Numbered from the stretch's first letter, positions 44,638 to 56,460 are shown. The stretch is 64,000 nucleotides of DNA from an uncultured Sandaracinaceae bacterium (GCA_964495565.1 CAZBWQ010000010.1:3037-67036), one strand, 5' to 3'. Numbers and translations: made by a program. The notes: generated by a model from the sequence alone, not told the origin.

Positions 44638-44662
44638 ATCGAGGATGCGGGGGCTTTTTTCT
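44630..44662 (+). terminator. rho-independent terminator (attenuator) upstream of ilvB
   Basis: Perfect 11-bp stem gcccccgcatc (44630-44640) / gatgcgggggc (44644-44654), 3-nt loop, then tttttt ctt. Confidence 0.85.
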
Positions 44663-44857
44663 TGGCAAGAACCTCATGAATCAACATACATACCGGAAAA
44701 ATTCAGGCACAAAGCCCTGCTGGGCGATGGCCCAGCTCGCCCCGATCGAAGGTGCCCGGTCATCGCTCGACCCGGCGCCTTTTTCGTTCGAGGCCGCGTG
44801 CTTGAATGCGGCGCCAAATCCACTACGCGCTGCCAGCCAGCATCGAAGGAGACAGTC

Positions 44858-46630
44858 GTGACACCGCCCAATCCCAAGCTCAAGAATCGCATCGGCGAAT
44901 CGCTCTCTGGCGCTGAGATCATCTGGGAGGCGCTGGTACGCGAGGGGGTCGAGGTCTGCTTCGGCTACCCGGGTGGGGCGATCATGCCCGCGTACGACGC
45001 GATGATTCAGTATCCGATCCACCACGTGCTGACGCGTCACGAGCAAGGCGCCTCGCACATGGCGGACGGCTACGCACGCGCGTCGGGACAGGTCGGTGTC
45101 TGCATCGCCACCTCGGGCCCCGGCGCCACCAACCTCGTCACCGGCATCGCCACGGCCATGCTGGACTCGATCCCGATGGTCTGCATCACCGGTCAGGTTC
45201 CTTCGCAGCTCATCGGAAGCGATGCCTTCCAAGAGACCGACATCACGGGCTGCACCCTACCCATCACCAAGCACAACTACTTGGTGACGAAGCCCGAGCA
45301 GATCGCGCCGACGATTCGAGAGGCTTTCTACATCGCGCGCTCCGGCCGCCCCGGGCCCGTCGTAGTCGACATCACCAAGGATGCCCAGCAGCAGAGCTGC
45401 GTGCTCGAGTGGAACGACGAAGAGATCGTCTTGCCGGGCTATCGTCCCGACTACACCCCGCTCGCGGAGCAACTCGAGGAAGCCGTCGACCTCATCAAGA
45501 ATTCCAAGCGGCCGATCCTCTTTGCAGGGCAAGGGGTGATCAAATCCCAAGCCAGCCAGACGCTCATCGACTTCATCGAAAAGACGAACATCCCGGTGGC
45601 CTGCACGCTCCTCGGTCTCGGAGGATTTCCCGCGACCCATCCTCGCAATCTCGGAATGATGGGCATGCACGGCGAAACCTGGGTCAACAAAGCGATTCAG
45701 GATGCCGATTTGATCATTGCAGTCGGCATGCGATTCGACGACCGCGTGACGGGCAATCTCAAGACCTACGCCCCGAACGCAAAGAAGATTCACATCGAGC
45801 TCGACCCTGCGGAGATCAACAAGAACGTTCGTGTCGACGTCCCAATCGTCGGCGACGCGCGCACCGTCTTGCAGGAGCTGCTTCCGCACGTCGACCGCCG
45901 CGACCGGCCCGAATGGTTGGCCTACATCGACGACCTCAAGGGAAATTCGGCGGTCCGTGACATCAAGAATCTCCCCGACCTCGGAAAGCTCTACGCGGCC
46001 CACGTGATCCACGATCTCTACCGCTTCACCGAGGGCAAGGCGCTGGTCGTCACCGACGTCGGACAGCACCAGATGTGGGAGGCCCAGTATTACAAGCACG
46101 ATTACCCGCGGAAGCTGCTCACCTCGGGCGGGCTGGGCACGATGGGCTTCGCGCTCCCTGCTGGGATCGGCGCCAAATTCGCCCAACCCAACGAGTCGGT
46201 GTGGGTCGTGTGCGGCGACGGCGGCTTTCAGATGACGCAAGCCGAGCTCTCCACCTGCGCGCAGGAAGGGATCAAAGTGAACGTCGCCATCATCAACAAC
46301 GGGTACTTGGGGATGGTGCGGCAATGGCAGGAGTTCTTCTTCGGCGGCCGCTACGTCGCGACTCCCTTGCGGAGCCCCGACTTTGTCAAGATCGCCGAAG
46401 CGCATGACTTGACCGGGTTGCGCGTCGAAACTCGGGCTGGGGTCGAGGAAGCGGTTCGGAAGGCAGAAGCGACCGAAGGGACCGTGGTGATCGACTTCCG
46501 AGTGGAGCAAGAGGACTCGGTCTATCCAATGGTCCCGGCCGGCGCGAACCTGCACGACATGATCGAGAGGCCATACAAGCCCGGCGAGCAAGCCCACAAC
46601 CCGATCTTCGAAACCGGGGAGGACGAGTGA
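44858..46630 (+). CDS. ilvB: acetolactate synthase, large subunit
   Basis: GTG 44858 preceded by AAGGAG. GYPGGAIMPAYDA and the TPP-binding GLGTMGFALPAGIGA...GDGGFQM. Confidence 0.92.
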   Translation: MTPPNPKLKNRIGESLSGAEIIWEALVREGVEVCFGYPGGAIMPAYDAMIQYPIHHVLTRHEQGASHMADGYARASGQVGVCIATSGPGATNLVTGIATAMLDSIPMVCITGQVPSQLIGSDAFQETDITGCTLPITKHNYLVTKPEQIAPTIREAFYIARSGRPGPVVVDITKDAQQQSCVLEWNDEEIVLPGYRPDYTPLAEQLEEAVDLIKNSKRPILFAGQGVIKSQASQTLIDFIEKTNIPVACTLLGLGGFPATHPRNLGMMGMHGETWVNKAIQDADLIIAVGMRFDDRVTGNLKTYAPNAKKIHIELDPAEINKNVRVDVPIVGDARTVLQELLPHVDRRDRPEWLAYIDDLKGNSAVRDIKNLPDLGKLYAAHVIHDLYRFTEGKALVVTDVGQHQMWEAQYYKHDYPRKLLTSGGLGTMGFALPAGIGAKFAQPNESVWVVCGDGGFQMTQAELSTCAQEGIKVNVAIINNGYLGMVRQWQEFFFGGRYVATPLRSPDFVKIAEAHDLTGLRVETRAGVEEAVRKAEATEGTVVIDFRVEQEDSVYPMVPAGANLHDMIERPYKPGEQAHNPIFETGEDE

Positions 46631-47172
46631 TGTCGCAGTCCGTCAAGAGAATCTTTGCCGTGTTCGTCGAGGACAAGCCCGGCGTTCTGAATCGCGTCGC
46701 CTCGCTCTTCCGCCGAAGGAGCTTCAACATCGACTCGCTCAACGTCGGCGCCACGCAGGAGCCGGGAGTCTCGCGAATGACCATCGTCTGCGAAGCGGAC
46801 GAGGATACCGCGAAGCGAATCGAAGCGAATCTCTACAAGATGGTCAACGTGCTCTGGGTCGACGACATCACCCACAAGCAGACGATCAGCCGTGTGCTCG
46901 CCCTGATCAAGGTCACCTGCGATCGCGAGCAGCGCGACGAAATCCTGCGGATTTGCGAGGTGTTCCGGGCGCGTGCAATCGACATGTCGCCAGATCGGCT
47001 CACGATCGAGATCACGGGACCGCAAGACAAGGTCGACGGGCTGGTTTCCGTCCTTCGTCCGTTCGGGATCTTGGAGCTCGTTCAGACGGGTACCGTCGCG
47101 ATGACTCGCGGCGCCGAAAAGCACGACCTGGCCCACCCGACGGTGCCAGCCTCCCGCAGCTCAGCGGCATAA
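46630..47172 (+). CDS. ilvN: acetolactate synthase, small (regulatory) subunit
   Basis: ACT domain: RIFAVFVEDKPGVLNRVASLFRRRSFNIDSLNVGATQEPGVSRMTIV. Start overlaps the ilvB stop (tgATG). Confidence 0.9.
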   Translation: MSQSVKRIFAVFVEDKPGVLNRVASLFRRRSFNIDSLNVGATQEPGVSRMTIVCEADEDTAKRIEANLYKMVNVLWVDDITHKQTISRVLALIKVTCDREQRDEILRICEVFRARAIDMSPDRLTIEITGPQDKVDGLVSVLRPFGILELVQTGTVAMTRGAEKHDLAHPTVPASRSSAA

Positions 47173-48213
<1,041 letters not shown>

Positions 48214-48252
48214 GACAGGTGCCGCGATCACGCGGCCCCAGGAGAATGAATC

Positions 48253-49890
48253 ATGCAACCCGACCACGTACGGATCTTCGACACGACTCTCCGTGATGGA
48301 GAGCAATCCCCTGGCGCGACGATGACCTCGTCGGAGAAGCTAGAGGTGGCGAAGACCCTATCGCGGCTGGGTGTCGACATCATCGAGGCTGGCTTCGCGG
48401 CCGCCTCTCCCGACGATTTGCGCGCCGTCAAGAGCATTGCAGAAGCCGTCGGGGTCACGGGAGTCGAGGGGCGGCCGGTGCCGGAGCCCCCGACGATCTG
48501 CAGCTTGGCCCGCGCCCACAAGTCCGACATCGACCAGGCGGCCGAGGCGATCGCGCCGGCCAAGCACGGCCGAATCCACACCTTCCTCGCCACCTCGCCG
48601 ATTCACCGCGAGCACAAGCTCCGGATGACGAAAGATCAGGTGCTCGCCAAGATCACCGAGATGGTGTCGTACGCGCGCAGCCTGCGGGAGGACGTGGAGT
48701 TCAGCCCGGAGGACGCGGGCCGAACCGAGATGGAGTTTCTCTACGAGGCGTTGCAAGCAGCCATCGAGGCAGGCGCCACCACCCTGAACATTCCAGATAC
48801 CGTGGGCTACACGATTCCGGCCGAATTCGGCGAGCGCATCGCGATGATCCGGGAAAACGTACCCGGCATCGAGAATGCGGTGATCAGCGTCCACTGCCAC
48901 AACGATCTCGGCCTCGCCGTCGCGAACAGCCTCGCAGCCGTGCAGAACGGAGCACGCCAGGTCGAGGTCGCCGTCAATGGCATCGGCGAGCGGGCTGGAA
49001 ATGCCTCACTCGAGGAAGTCGTGATGGCGCTCTACGTTCGGGGTGACCTCTACGGAATCGGAACGCAGATCGACACCACGCAGCTCACGCGTGCGAGCCG
49101 TTTGGTGAGCAAGGTGACGGGCATGGTCGTGCAGCCGAACAAGGCGATCGTCGGTGCCAATGCCTTCGCGCACGAAGCCGGCATCCACCAAGACGGGATG
49201 CTCAAGCACGAGGAAACGTACGAGATCATGCGTCCCGAGACGGTCGGTGCTGGCAAGACCCAGCTCGTCTTGGGCAAGCACTCGGGCAGGCACGCCTTCG
49301 CGAACCGTTTGGCCGAGCTCGGTTACCCCGTCTCCGGCGACGGGCTCGACAAGGCGTTTGCGCGTTTCAAGAAGCTCGCCGACAAGAAGAAGTACATCAC
49401 CGATGCCGACTTGGTGGCGCTGGTCAGCGACGAGCTCTACCAGCCGACGGAGTACTGGAGGCTCGACAAGATCCAGGTCGGGTGTGGAACCGGCATGCCA
49501 ACCGCGACCGTACGCCTCGTCGGACCGGACGGACAGACCCGAATCGCCGCGGAGGTCGGCACCGGACCGGTGGATGCGGTTTACAAAGCGATTCAATCGC
49601 TGGTCCACGTGCCGTGCACTCTACTCGAGTACAACGTGCAGTCGGTAACCGAGGGCATCGATGCCCTGGGCGAGGTCAGCGTGCGAGTCATTCCTGGCGA
49701 GCACGATCTCGGTCCGGATCGCATCAATCCCCAGCACGAGCAGTCTCGCGCGCGGGTGTTTCACGGGCATGGCGCACACACCGACATCATCGTCGCGAGC
49801 GCCAAGGCCTACGTCGCGGCGATCAATCGAATTCTCGCCATCCGAGAGGCGACCCAGAAGGAGAGCAAGGCAGCCGGCAGCGCTGCATGA
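48253..49890 (+). CDS. leuA: 2-isopropylmalate synthase
   Basis: [26 protein letters not shown], and a C-terminal LeuA dimer/regulatory domain. Confidence 0.9.
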   Translation: MQPDHVRIFDTTLRDGEQSPGATMTSSEKLEVAKTLSRLGVDIIEAGFAAASPDDLRAVKSIAEAVGVTGVEGRPVPEPPTICSLARAHKSDIDQAAEAIAPAKHGRIHTFLATSPIHREHKLRMTKDQVLAKITEMVSYARSLREDVEFSPEDAGRTEMEFLYEALQAAIEAGATTLNIPDTVGYTIPAEFGERIAMIRENVPGIENAVISVHCHNDLGLAVANSLAAVQNGARQVEVAVNGIGERAGNASLEEVVMALYVRGDLYGIGTQIDTTQLTRASRLVSKVTGMVVQPNKAIVGANAFAHEAGIHQDGMLKHEETYEIMRPETVGAGKTQLVLGKHSGRHAFANRLAELGYPVSGDGLDKAFARFKKLADKKKYITDADLVALVSDELYQPTEYWRLDKIQVGCGTGMPTATVRLVGPDGQTRIAAEVGTGPVDAVYKAIQSLVHVPCTLLEYNVQSVTEGIDALGEVSVRVIPGEHDLGPDRINPQHEQSRARVFHGHGAHTDIIVASAKAYVAAINRILAIREATQKESKAAGSAA

Positions 49891-51308
49891 CGACCATCAT
49901 GGAACCACGAACACTATTTCAGAAAGTCTGGGACGATCACGTCGTCGTTCAGGAGGCGAACCGCCCGGCAGTCCTCTACATCGACTTGCATCTGATTCAC
50001 GAAGTCACCTCTCCGCAGGCATTCACCGGCCTTCGCGAGCGGGGCTTGCGGGTGCGACGCCCCGACCTGACGGTGGCGACGATGGACCACTCGACTCCGA
50101 CGCTCCCGAAGTCTCTGTGGGTAATCGACGATCAGGCCAAAGCCCAGCTCGCCCAGCTCGAGCGAAACAGCGAAGAGTTTGGAATCGAGCTGTTCCGGCT
50201 CGGGGACCGCCGCAATGGCATCGTGCACGTCATCGGACCGGAGCGTGGGCTGACGCAACCCGGCAAAACCATCGTGTGCGGCGACAGCCACACGTCGACG
50301 CACGGCGCGTTCGGCGCGTTGGCATTCGGGATCGGAACCAGCGAGGTCGAGCACGTGCTGGCGACCCAGTGTCTGCTGCAGCGAGAGCCGAAGACGTTCG
50401 AGGTTCGGGTGGAAGGCCAACTGATGCCCGGAGTGACGGCCAAGGACATCATCCTGGCGCTCTGTGCCGAGATCGGAACGGGCGGCGCCACCGGTTACGT
50501 CATCGAGTACACGGGCCCGGCCATTCGCAGTCTCGACATGGAGGGTCGCATGACCGTCTGCAACATGAGCATCGAGGCGGGTGCCCGAGCGGGCATGATC
50601 GCACCGGACGACACGACGTTCGCCTATCTGGAGGGACGTGATCGAGTGCCCAAGGGAGCCGATTGGGACGCTGCGGTGGAGCGCTGGCGCAACCTTCGCA
50701 CCGACGATGGGGCGACTTACGACAAGACCGTCGTCATCGACGCCAACAAGCTGGAGCCGATGATCACCTACGGGACGAACCCCGGAATGGGCATGCACAT
50801 CACCGACGCGATGCCGACGGTGGATTCGTTCTCGGATCCTTCCCAGCGGGCCGCCTTCGAAAAAGCGATGAAGTACATGGATCTCGCCCCTGGCGAGCCT
50901 CTGCTCGACAAGAAGATCGACGTGGTCTTCATCGGGTCCTGCACGAATTCCCGCATCGGCGATCTACGGATGGCTGCAGGGGTCATGAGCGGGCGCAAGG
51001 TGGCCTCGGGTGTTCGCACCCTGGTCGTACCGGGGTCTCACGACGTGAAGAAGCAGGCCGAGGCAGAGGGGCTCGACCAGATCTTCAAGGAAGCCGGGGC
51101 CGAGTGGCGAGAGCCCGGGTGCTCGATGTGCATCGCGATGAATGGCGACAATCTCGAGCCGGGCCAGTACGCGGTGAGCACCTCGAATCGAAACTTCGAA
51201 GGCCGGCAGGGCAAAGGTGGACGCACGTTCCTCGCATCTCCTCTGACCGCTGCGGCTGCCGCCGTCACCGGCAAGGTCACCGACCCCCGAAGCTTGCTGC
51301 TCGGGTGA
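49887..51308 (+). CDS. leuC: 3-isopropylmalate dehydratase large subunit
   Basis: ATGA overlap with leu[20 protein letters not shown] and [12 protein letters not shown] (aconitase Fe-S ligands). Confidence 0.93.
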   Translation: MTTIMEPRTLFQKVWDDHVVVQEANRPAVLYIDLHLIHEVTSPQAFTGLRERGLRVRRPDLTVATMDHSTPTLPKSLWVIDDQAKAQLAQLERNSEEFGIELFRLGDRRNGIVHVIGPERGLTQPGKTIVCGDSHTSTHGAFGALAFGIGTSEVEHVLATQCLLQREPKTFEVRVEGQLMPGVTAKDIILALCAEIGTGGATGYVIEYTGPAIRSLDMEGRMTVCNMSIEAGARAGMIAPDDTTFAYLEGRDRVPKGADWDAAVERWRNLRTDDGATYDKTVVIDANKLEPMITYGTNPGMGMHITDAMPTVDSFSDPSQRAAFEKAMKYMDLAPGEPLLDKKIDVVFIGSCTNSRIGDLRMAAGVMSGRKVASGVRTLVVPGSHDVKKQAEAEGLDQIFKEAGAEWREPGCSMCIAMNGDNLEPGQYAVSTSNRNFEGRQGKGGRTFLASPLTAAAAAVTGKVTDPRSLLLG

Positions 51309-51320
51309 GAGAGAATCGAC

Positions 51321-51908
51321 ATGGCAAAGTTCAAGACACTGACATCGCACGCCGTCCCGCTTCCCGCGGACAACGTGGATACGGACCAGATCATCCCTGC
51401 ACGCTTTCTGAAGGTGACGGACAAGCACGGCCTGGGCGACAACCTGTTTTCCGACTGGCGTTATCTCAAGGATGGCTCGCCGAACCCCGATTTCGTCCTC
51501 AACGAGCCCGCGTCGCAGGGGGCTCAGATTCTGATTGCCGGCGACAATTTCGGCAGCGGATCTTCGCGCGAGCACGCGCCATGGGCCCTGGTCGGCTGGG
51601 GATTCCGTGCGATCATATCCACCCGCTTCGCGGACATCTTCAAGAGCAACTCACTCAAGAACGGGCTGCTGCCGGTGGAAGTGAGCCCCGAGGTCCACAG
51701 GGAGCTCATGGAGCGGGTTCAGCGCGATCGCACGACGCAAATCACGATCGACCTGCCCAGCCAGACCGTGAAGGCCGCCGGCGGAATCGAGGCGACCTTC
51801 CCCATCGACGACTTTTCGAAACACTGCCTCCTCGAGGGTATCGATCAGCTCGGTTACCTCTTGTCGTTCGAGGATGAGATCACGCGCCATGAGCAACGAC
51901 GCCCTTAA
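51321..51908 (+). CDS. leuD: 3-isopropylmalate dehydratase small subunit
   Basis: GDNFGSGSSREHAPWAL. Confidence 0.93.
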   Translation: MAKFKTLTSHAVPLPADNVDTDQIIPARFLKVTDKHGLGDNLFSDWRYLKDGSPNPDFVLNEPASQGAQILIAGDNFGSGSSREHAPWALVGWGFRAIISTRFADIFKSNSLKNGLLPVEVSPEVHRELMERVQRDRTTQITIDLPSQTVKAAGGIEATFPIDDFSKHCLLEGIDQLGYLLSFEDEITRHEQRRP

Positions 51909-53517
51909 CGGCTCCGGCCCCGTCGTAGAGATTTACGACACCACGCTGCGCGATGGAACGCAGATGGAGGGCATGAGCCTGTCTTGCGACGACAAGATTC
52001 GAATCGCCGAGCATCTCGACGCGCTCGGTGTCACGTTCATCGAGGGCGGCTGGCCAGGATCGAATCCGAAGGACGTGGAGTTTTTCGAGCGGGCGAAGGG
52101 CATGGCGTGGAAGAACGCGACGATCGCCGCATTCGGGTCGACTTGCCGGGCCCAGCTTCGTCCCGAAGACGACAAGCAACTCCGCACTTTGCTCGATGCG
52201 GAAACGCCGGTCTGCACGATCTTCGGCAAGAGCTGGAACATGCACGTGACCGAAGTGCTCCGCACCACACTCGACGAGAACCTCCGCATGGTGGAACAAA
52301 GCGTCGCATTCCTCGGTGGTCACGGCCGACGTGTCATCTACGACGCAGAGCACTTCTTCGACGGGTACAAGTCGGACGCCGAGTACGCGCTCCAAACGCT
52401 GCGAGCTGCCGCGCGGGGCGGTGCCGAAACACTGGTGTTGTGCGACACCAACGGCGGCTCCATGCCCTGGGAGGTGGAAGCGATCGTCCACGACGTGCGG
52501 AAAGCCCTCCCCGAGGCGAGGCTCGGGATTCATGCCCACAACGACGGGGAGTGCGGAGTGGCCAATTCGGTAGCTGCCGTGCGGGCTGGAGCTCATCACG
52601 TGCAAGGCACGGTCAACGGCTACGGAGAGCGCTGCGGCAATGCGAACCTGTGCTCGATCATTCCGGACGTGGAGCTCAAGCTGGGCCTTCGGTGTCTGCC
52701 CGAAGGAGGCCTTCGTCAGCTCTACGATCTCGCGCATTTCGTCGCGGAGATCGCCAATTTGAATCCGAACGATCATGCCGCGTACGTCGGACGCAGCGCG
52801 TTTGCCCACAAAGGAGGCGTGCACGTCTCGGCCATTCGGCGGCATCCGGAGTCGTACGAGCACGTCGACCCGGCTCTCGTCGGCAACTCGTCACGGGTCG
52901 TGGTGAGCGAGCTCTCGGGGCGCAGCAACGTCCTCAGCAAGGCCGAAGAGCTCGGGCTGCAGGTCAGCTCGGATCACGGTGGACGGGTGCTCGAGAAGAT
53001 CAAGGAGCTCGAGGCCAAGGGGTTCGCATACGAGGCTGCCGAGGCTTCGGTCGCGCTCCTGATGGCGCGTCAGCAGGCCGACTACGTACCGCCATTCGAG
53101 GTGCTCGATTTCCAGGCGAGTGTCGGGCGGCGACGCGGTGGCGGGATGTTCGCCGAGGCCACGGTCAAGGTTCAGATCGGCGACGAGGTGGTGCACACCG
53201 CGGGCGAAGGGAATGGCCCCGTGAGCGCGCTCGACTCTGCGCTCCGCAAGGCGCTACGGCCGTCCTTCCCTCGAGTCGCGGACATTCACCTGAGCGACTA
53301 CAAGGTGCGAATTCTCGACGGCCACAGCGGGACGGGCGCGACTACCCGAGTCCTCATCGACAGCCAGTCGGAGCACGACACATGGAGCACCGTCGGCGCT
53401 TCGAGCAACATCATCGAGGCTTCGCTGCAAGCCTTGATCGATAGCATCGAGTATGGGCTCAGGTTGCAGGGTGCCAGGGACGAAAAGGGCATTCCCGAGC
53501 ACGCTCCGCAGACTTAG
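51889..53517 (+). CDS. cimA: citramalate synthase (LeuA-paralogue, CimA type)
   Basis: IYDTTLRDGTQMEGMSLSCDDKIRIAEHLDALGVTFIEGGWPGSNPKD matches the CimA-type N-terminus. Start at 51889 or 51874, and either overlaps the leuD end. Confidence 0.75.
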   Translation: MSNDALNGSGPVVEIYDTTLRDGTQMEGMSLSCDDKIRIAEHLDALGVTFIEGGWPGSNPKDVEFFERAKGMAWKNATIAAFGSTCRAQLRPEDDKQLRTLLDAETPVCTIFGKSWNMHVTEVLRTTLDENLRMVEQSVAFLGGHGRRVIYDAEHFFDGYKSDAEYALQTLRAAARGGAETLVLCDTNGGSMPWEVEAIVHDVRKALPEARLGIHAHNDGECGVANSVAAVRAGAHHVQGTVNGYGERCGNANLCSIIPDVELKLGLRCLPEGGLRQLYDLAHFVAEIANLNPNDHAAYVGRSAFAHKGGVHVSAIRRHPESYEHVDPALVGNSSRVVVSELSGRSNVLSKAEELGLQVSSDHGGRVLEKIKELEAKGFAYEAAEASVALLMARQQADYVPPFEVLDFQASVGRRRGGGMFAEATVKVQIGDEVVHTAGEGNGPVSALDSALRKALRPSFPRVADIHLSDYKVRILDGHSGTGATTRVLIDSQSEHDTWSTVGASSNIIEASLQALIDSIEYGLRLQGARDEKGIPEHAPQT

Positions 53518-53573
53518 TGATTGCCCTTCCGGCGTGCCACGTGCATGATGGCGCGCCCCGTAGGTGACCAGAC

Positions 53574-54650
53574 ATGAAAGCAAAGATCACACTCTTGCCT
53601 GGCGACGGAATCGGCCCGGAAATCGTCGATGCGACGCGCCAGGTGCTCGAAGCCATCGAGCGCAAGTCGGGACACACATTCACTTTCTCCACGCATCTCA
53701 TCGGAGGGATCGCCATCGACGAAACCGGCGTGGCGCTGCCCGACGACACCATCGTCGCGTGTCGCAGCTCTGACGCGGTGCTTCTGGGCGCGGTGGGCGG
53801 ACCGAAGTGGGACGATCCCACCGCCGAGGTTCGGCCGGAGCAAGGCTTGTTGGGCATGCGCAAGGCGTTGAAGCTCTTCGCCAACGTGCGGCCGGTCAAG
53901 CTTTTTCGAGGGCTCGAGGGTGCATCTCCCCTGCGACCGGAGCGGTTGCGGGGAGTCGACTTGGTGTTCATTCGCGAGCTCACCGGAGGCATCTACTTCG
54001 GCCAACCAAAGGGCAAAGAGGTTCGCAACGGGCTCCGCACCGGCTTCGACACCATGATTTACGACGAGAACGAGGTTCGCCGAATCGTGCAGCTCGCGTG
54101 CGAGGTAGCCAGGAAGCGCCGGCGCAAAGTGACCTCGATCGACAAGTCGAACGTGCTCGCGACCATGCAAGTGTGGCGGGAGGTGGCCAATGAGGTCGCG
54201 CGAGAGAACCCCGACATCACGTTGGACCATCAGCTCGTCGACTCGGCTGCGATGAGGCTCATCACCGAGCCTTCCTCGTTCGATGTGATCGTGAGCGGCA
54301 ACATGTTCGGCGACATTCTCTCGGACGAGGGCGCGGTCCTCACCGGCTCCCTCGGCCTGCTTCCGAGCGCATCGCTCGGCGAAGGAAAGCTCGGAGTGTA
54401 CGAGCCAATTCATGGATCGGCCCCGGACATCGCGGGCAGAGGAATCGCGAACCCGCTCGGCACCATTCTGAGCGCAGCCATGTTGCTCAGGCACAGTCTC
54501 GATCTCGACGAAGACGCCAGGACCATCGAGGGCGCAGTACAGAAAGTCCTCGACAACGGCCTTCGCACTGCGGATCTCAGTGGCGGCCAGCGTTCGCTCG
54601 GAACCACCGAAATGGCGCATGCGGTCATCGCCGCGATCGAAGGCGCTTGA
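53574..54650 (+). CDS. leuB: 3-isopropylmalate dehydrogenase
   Basis: KITLLPGDGIGPEI and GNMFGDILSDEGAVLTGSLG. Confidence 0.95.
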   Translation: MKAKITLLPGDGIGPEIVDATRQVLEAIERKSGHTFTFSTHLIGGIAIDETGVALPDDTIVACRSSDAVLLGAVGGPKWDDPTAEVRPEQGLLGMRKALKLFANVRPVKLFRGLEGASPLRPERLRGVDLVFIRELTGGIYFGQPKGKEVRNGLRTGFDTMIYDENEVRRIVQLACEVARKRRRKVTSIDKSNVLATMQVWREVANEVARENPDITLDHQLVDSAAMRLITEPSSFDVIVSGNMFGDILSDEGAVLTGSLGLLPSASLGEGKLGVYEPIHGSAPDIAGRGIANPLGTILSAAMLLRHSLDLDEDARTIEGAVQKVLDNGLRTADLSGGQRSLGTTEMAHAVIAAIEGA

Positions 54651-54663
54651 GGAAAGGACTTCC

Positions 54664-56397
54664 ATGCCCCGCAAACGCGTCAGTCGGTTGTTTGACCTGA
54701 AGGAAGACGAACGTGGCCGCAAATACATGGAGGTCTACCTCGATGGCATCGCGCTGCTTCGTCTGGTGCTGACCAACAAGGGCACCGCGTTCAGTTACGA
54801 GGAGCGCGTAGCGCTACGTTTGGAAGGTCTTCTGCCGCCCCAATTCAACACGCTCGAGCAGCAAATCGATCGCGTCTACGAGGGCTTCGTGCAGGCCCCT
54901 ACCGACATCGACAAGTATCAATACCTTCGCGCCGTGCAGGAGCGCCAGGAAATTCTGTTCTATGCGCTTCTCGAGAAGCATCTCGAAGAAATGCTCCCGA
55001 TCGTCTACACGCCGACCGTCGGCGCGGCGGTTCAGCAATTCAGCGCGCTCTACCAAAGCCCCCGCGGGCTTTCGATTTCACCGTTGAACATCGATCGGGC
55101 GCCGCTCGCGCTCGATTGCTATCCGATGGAAGACGTCCGCATGATCGTCGCGACCGATTCCTCGGCCATCCTCGGGATCGGCGACCAGGGTTACGGCGGC
55201 CTCGCGATTCCCATCGGAAAGATGGCCCTCTACACGGTCGCAGGAGGGGTGAGCCCCTTTCACACGATGCCCGTCGCCTTGGACGTGGGGACCGACCGGA
55301 TGGACCTGATCAGCGACTACAACTACTTGGGCGTGAGGCAAAAGCGTCTCCGAGGCGACGACTACTACAAGTTCTTGGATCGCTTCGTCGACGCGGTTTG
55401 GTCGCGCTGGCCCGATGCGGTGATTCAGTGGGAGGACCTTTCGAAGACCGCCGCGTTCAACGTGCTGGAGCGGTATCGGGACCGCGGACCGTCCTTCAAT
55501 GACGACATTCAAGGCACCGGCGCGGTGGCTTTGGCTGGGATTCTGGCCGCTTGCCATCTGCGCGAGGAAAGCTTGCGCGATGAAGTGTTCGTGATTCACG
55601 GGGCCGGAGCCGGCGGCATCGGTGTGGCGTGGGCGATTCGTGAAGGGCTCGTGCGCGCGGGGCTCAGCCGAAAAGAGGCGCAAGCGCGCGTCTTCGTCCT
55701 GGATTCGGGTGGCCTGCTGCTCACCGATCGCGACATCGAAGAGTACAAGAAGGCATTTGCACACGAACGCGAGGCGGTTCGAGGCTGGGAGTTCGCGGGC
55801 GACAGCCCGGACCTGGTGGAGACGATCCGCAACAGCAAGGCAACCGCCTTGTTGGGTCTCTCGGGAAGGCCGGGTGCCTTCGACGAAGAAGTCGTACGCG
55901 CCATGGCGGAAAACCACAAGTGGCCGATCATCTTCCCGCTTTCGAACCCCACGAGCTCGGCCGAAGCGAAGCCGGTCGACATCTTCCGCTGGACTGACGG
56001 CCAGGCGATCGTGGCCACTGGAAGCCCTTTCGAGCCGGTGATGATGGGTGGCGTGACCCACCCGATCGGCCAAGGCAACAACGCCTTCATCTTTCCCGGG
56101 TTGGGCTTCGGCGCGATCCTGAGTGATGCGAGGTCGATCACCGATGGGATGGTGCTCGAGGCATCCCAGGCCCTGGCCGACTACACGATCGAGAAGTACG
56201 TGGAGGGCGGTCTCATCTATCCACCGGTGAGCGATCTCCAGGAAACCTCCGTTCGCGTCGCGACACGCGTGGTGCAGCAAGCGATCGAGGACGGAGTCGC
56301 CCGGCGCGAGAACATTCCCGAAGACGTCGAGTCCTTCGTCCGCAGCCGCTTCTGGCGACCCACCTACCTCCCCTTCGTCCGCGGCCACCTCGACTAG
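54664..56397 (+). CDS. maeA: NAD-dependent malic enzyme
   Basis: NKGTAFSYEER, VYTPTVG, FNDDIQGTGAV, GAGAGGIG. ATG 54664 chosen, 13 nt after the leuB stop. Confidence 0.85.
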   Translation: MPRKRVSRLFDLKEDERGRKYMEVYLDGIALLRLVLTNKGTAFSYEERVALRLEGLLPPQFNTLEQQIDRVYEGFVQAPTDIDKYQYLRAVQERQEILFYALLEKHLEEMLPIVYTPTVGAAVQQFSALYQSPRGLSISPLNIDRAPLALDCYPMEDVRMIVATDSSAILGIGDQGYGGLAIPIGKMALYTVAGGVSPFHTMPVALDVGTDRMDLISDYNYLGVRQKRLRGDDYYKFLDRFVDAVWSRWPDAVIQWEDLSKTAAFNVLERYRDRGPSFNDDIQGTGAVALAGILAACHLREESLRDEVFVIHGAGAGGIGVAWAIREGLVRAGLSRKEAQARVFVLDSGGLLLTDRDIEEYKKAFAHEREAVRGWEFAGDSPDLVETIRNSKATALLGLSGRPGAFDEEVVRAMAENHKWPIIFPLSNPTSSAEAKPVDIFRWTDGQAIVATGSPFEPVMMGGVTHPIGQGNNAFIFPGLGFGAILSDARSITDGMVLEASQALADYTIEKYVEGGLIYPPVSDLQETSVRVATRVVQQAIEDGVARRENIPEDVESFVRSRFWRPTYLPFVRGHLD

Positions 56398-56415
56398 GGG
56401 ACACGCACCCCTCCC
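56398..56415 (+). repeat. REP-like hairpin repeat (left)
   Basis: GGGG-acacgca-CCCC stem-loop (56397-56411) immediately after the malic-enzyme stop. Confidence 0.55.
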
Positions 56416-56460
56416 AAAACCCGCAAAATCTCGAGCTGTTACGACCCATACCGCGAAAAG

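Noticed and set aside
44676-44861. 61-aa ORF (MNQHTYRKNSGTKPCW...) between the attenuator terminator and ilvB, considered as a second leader peptide or small protein.
   Set aside because: It is not enriched in Val/Ile/Leu, has no SD, and runs through the ilvB SD and start. It is more likely untranslated 5' UTR.
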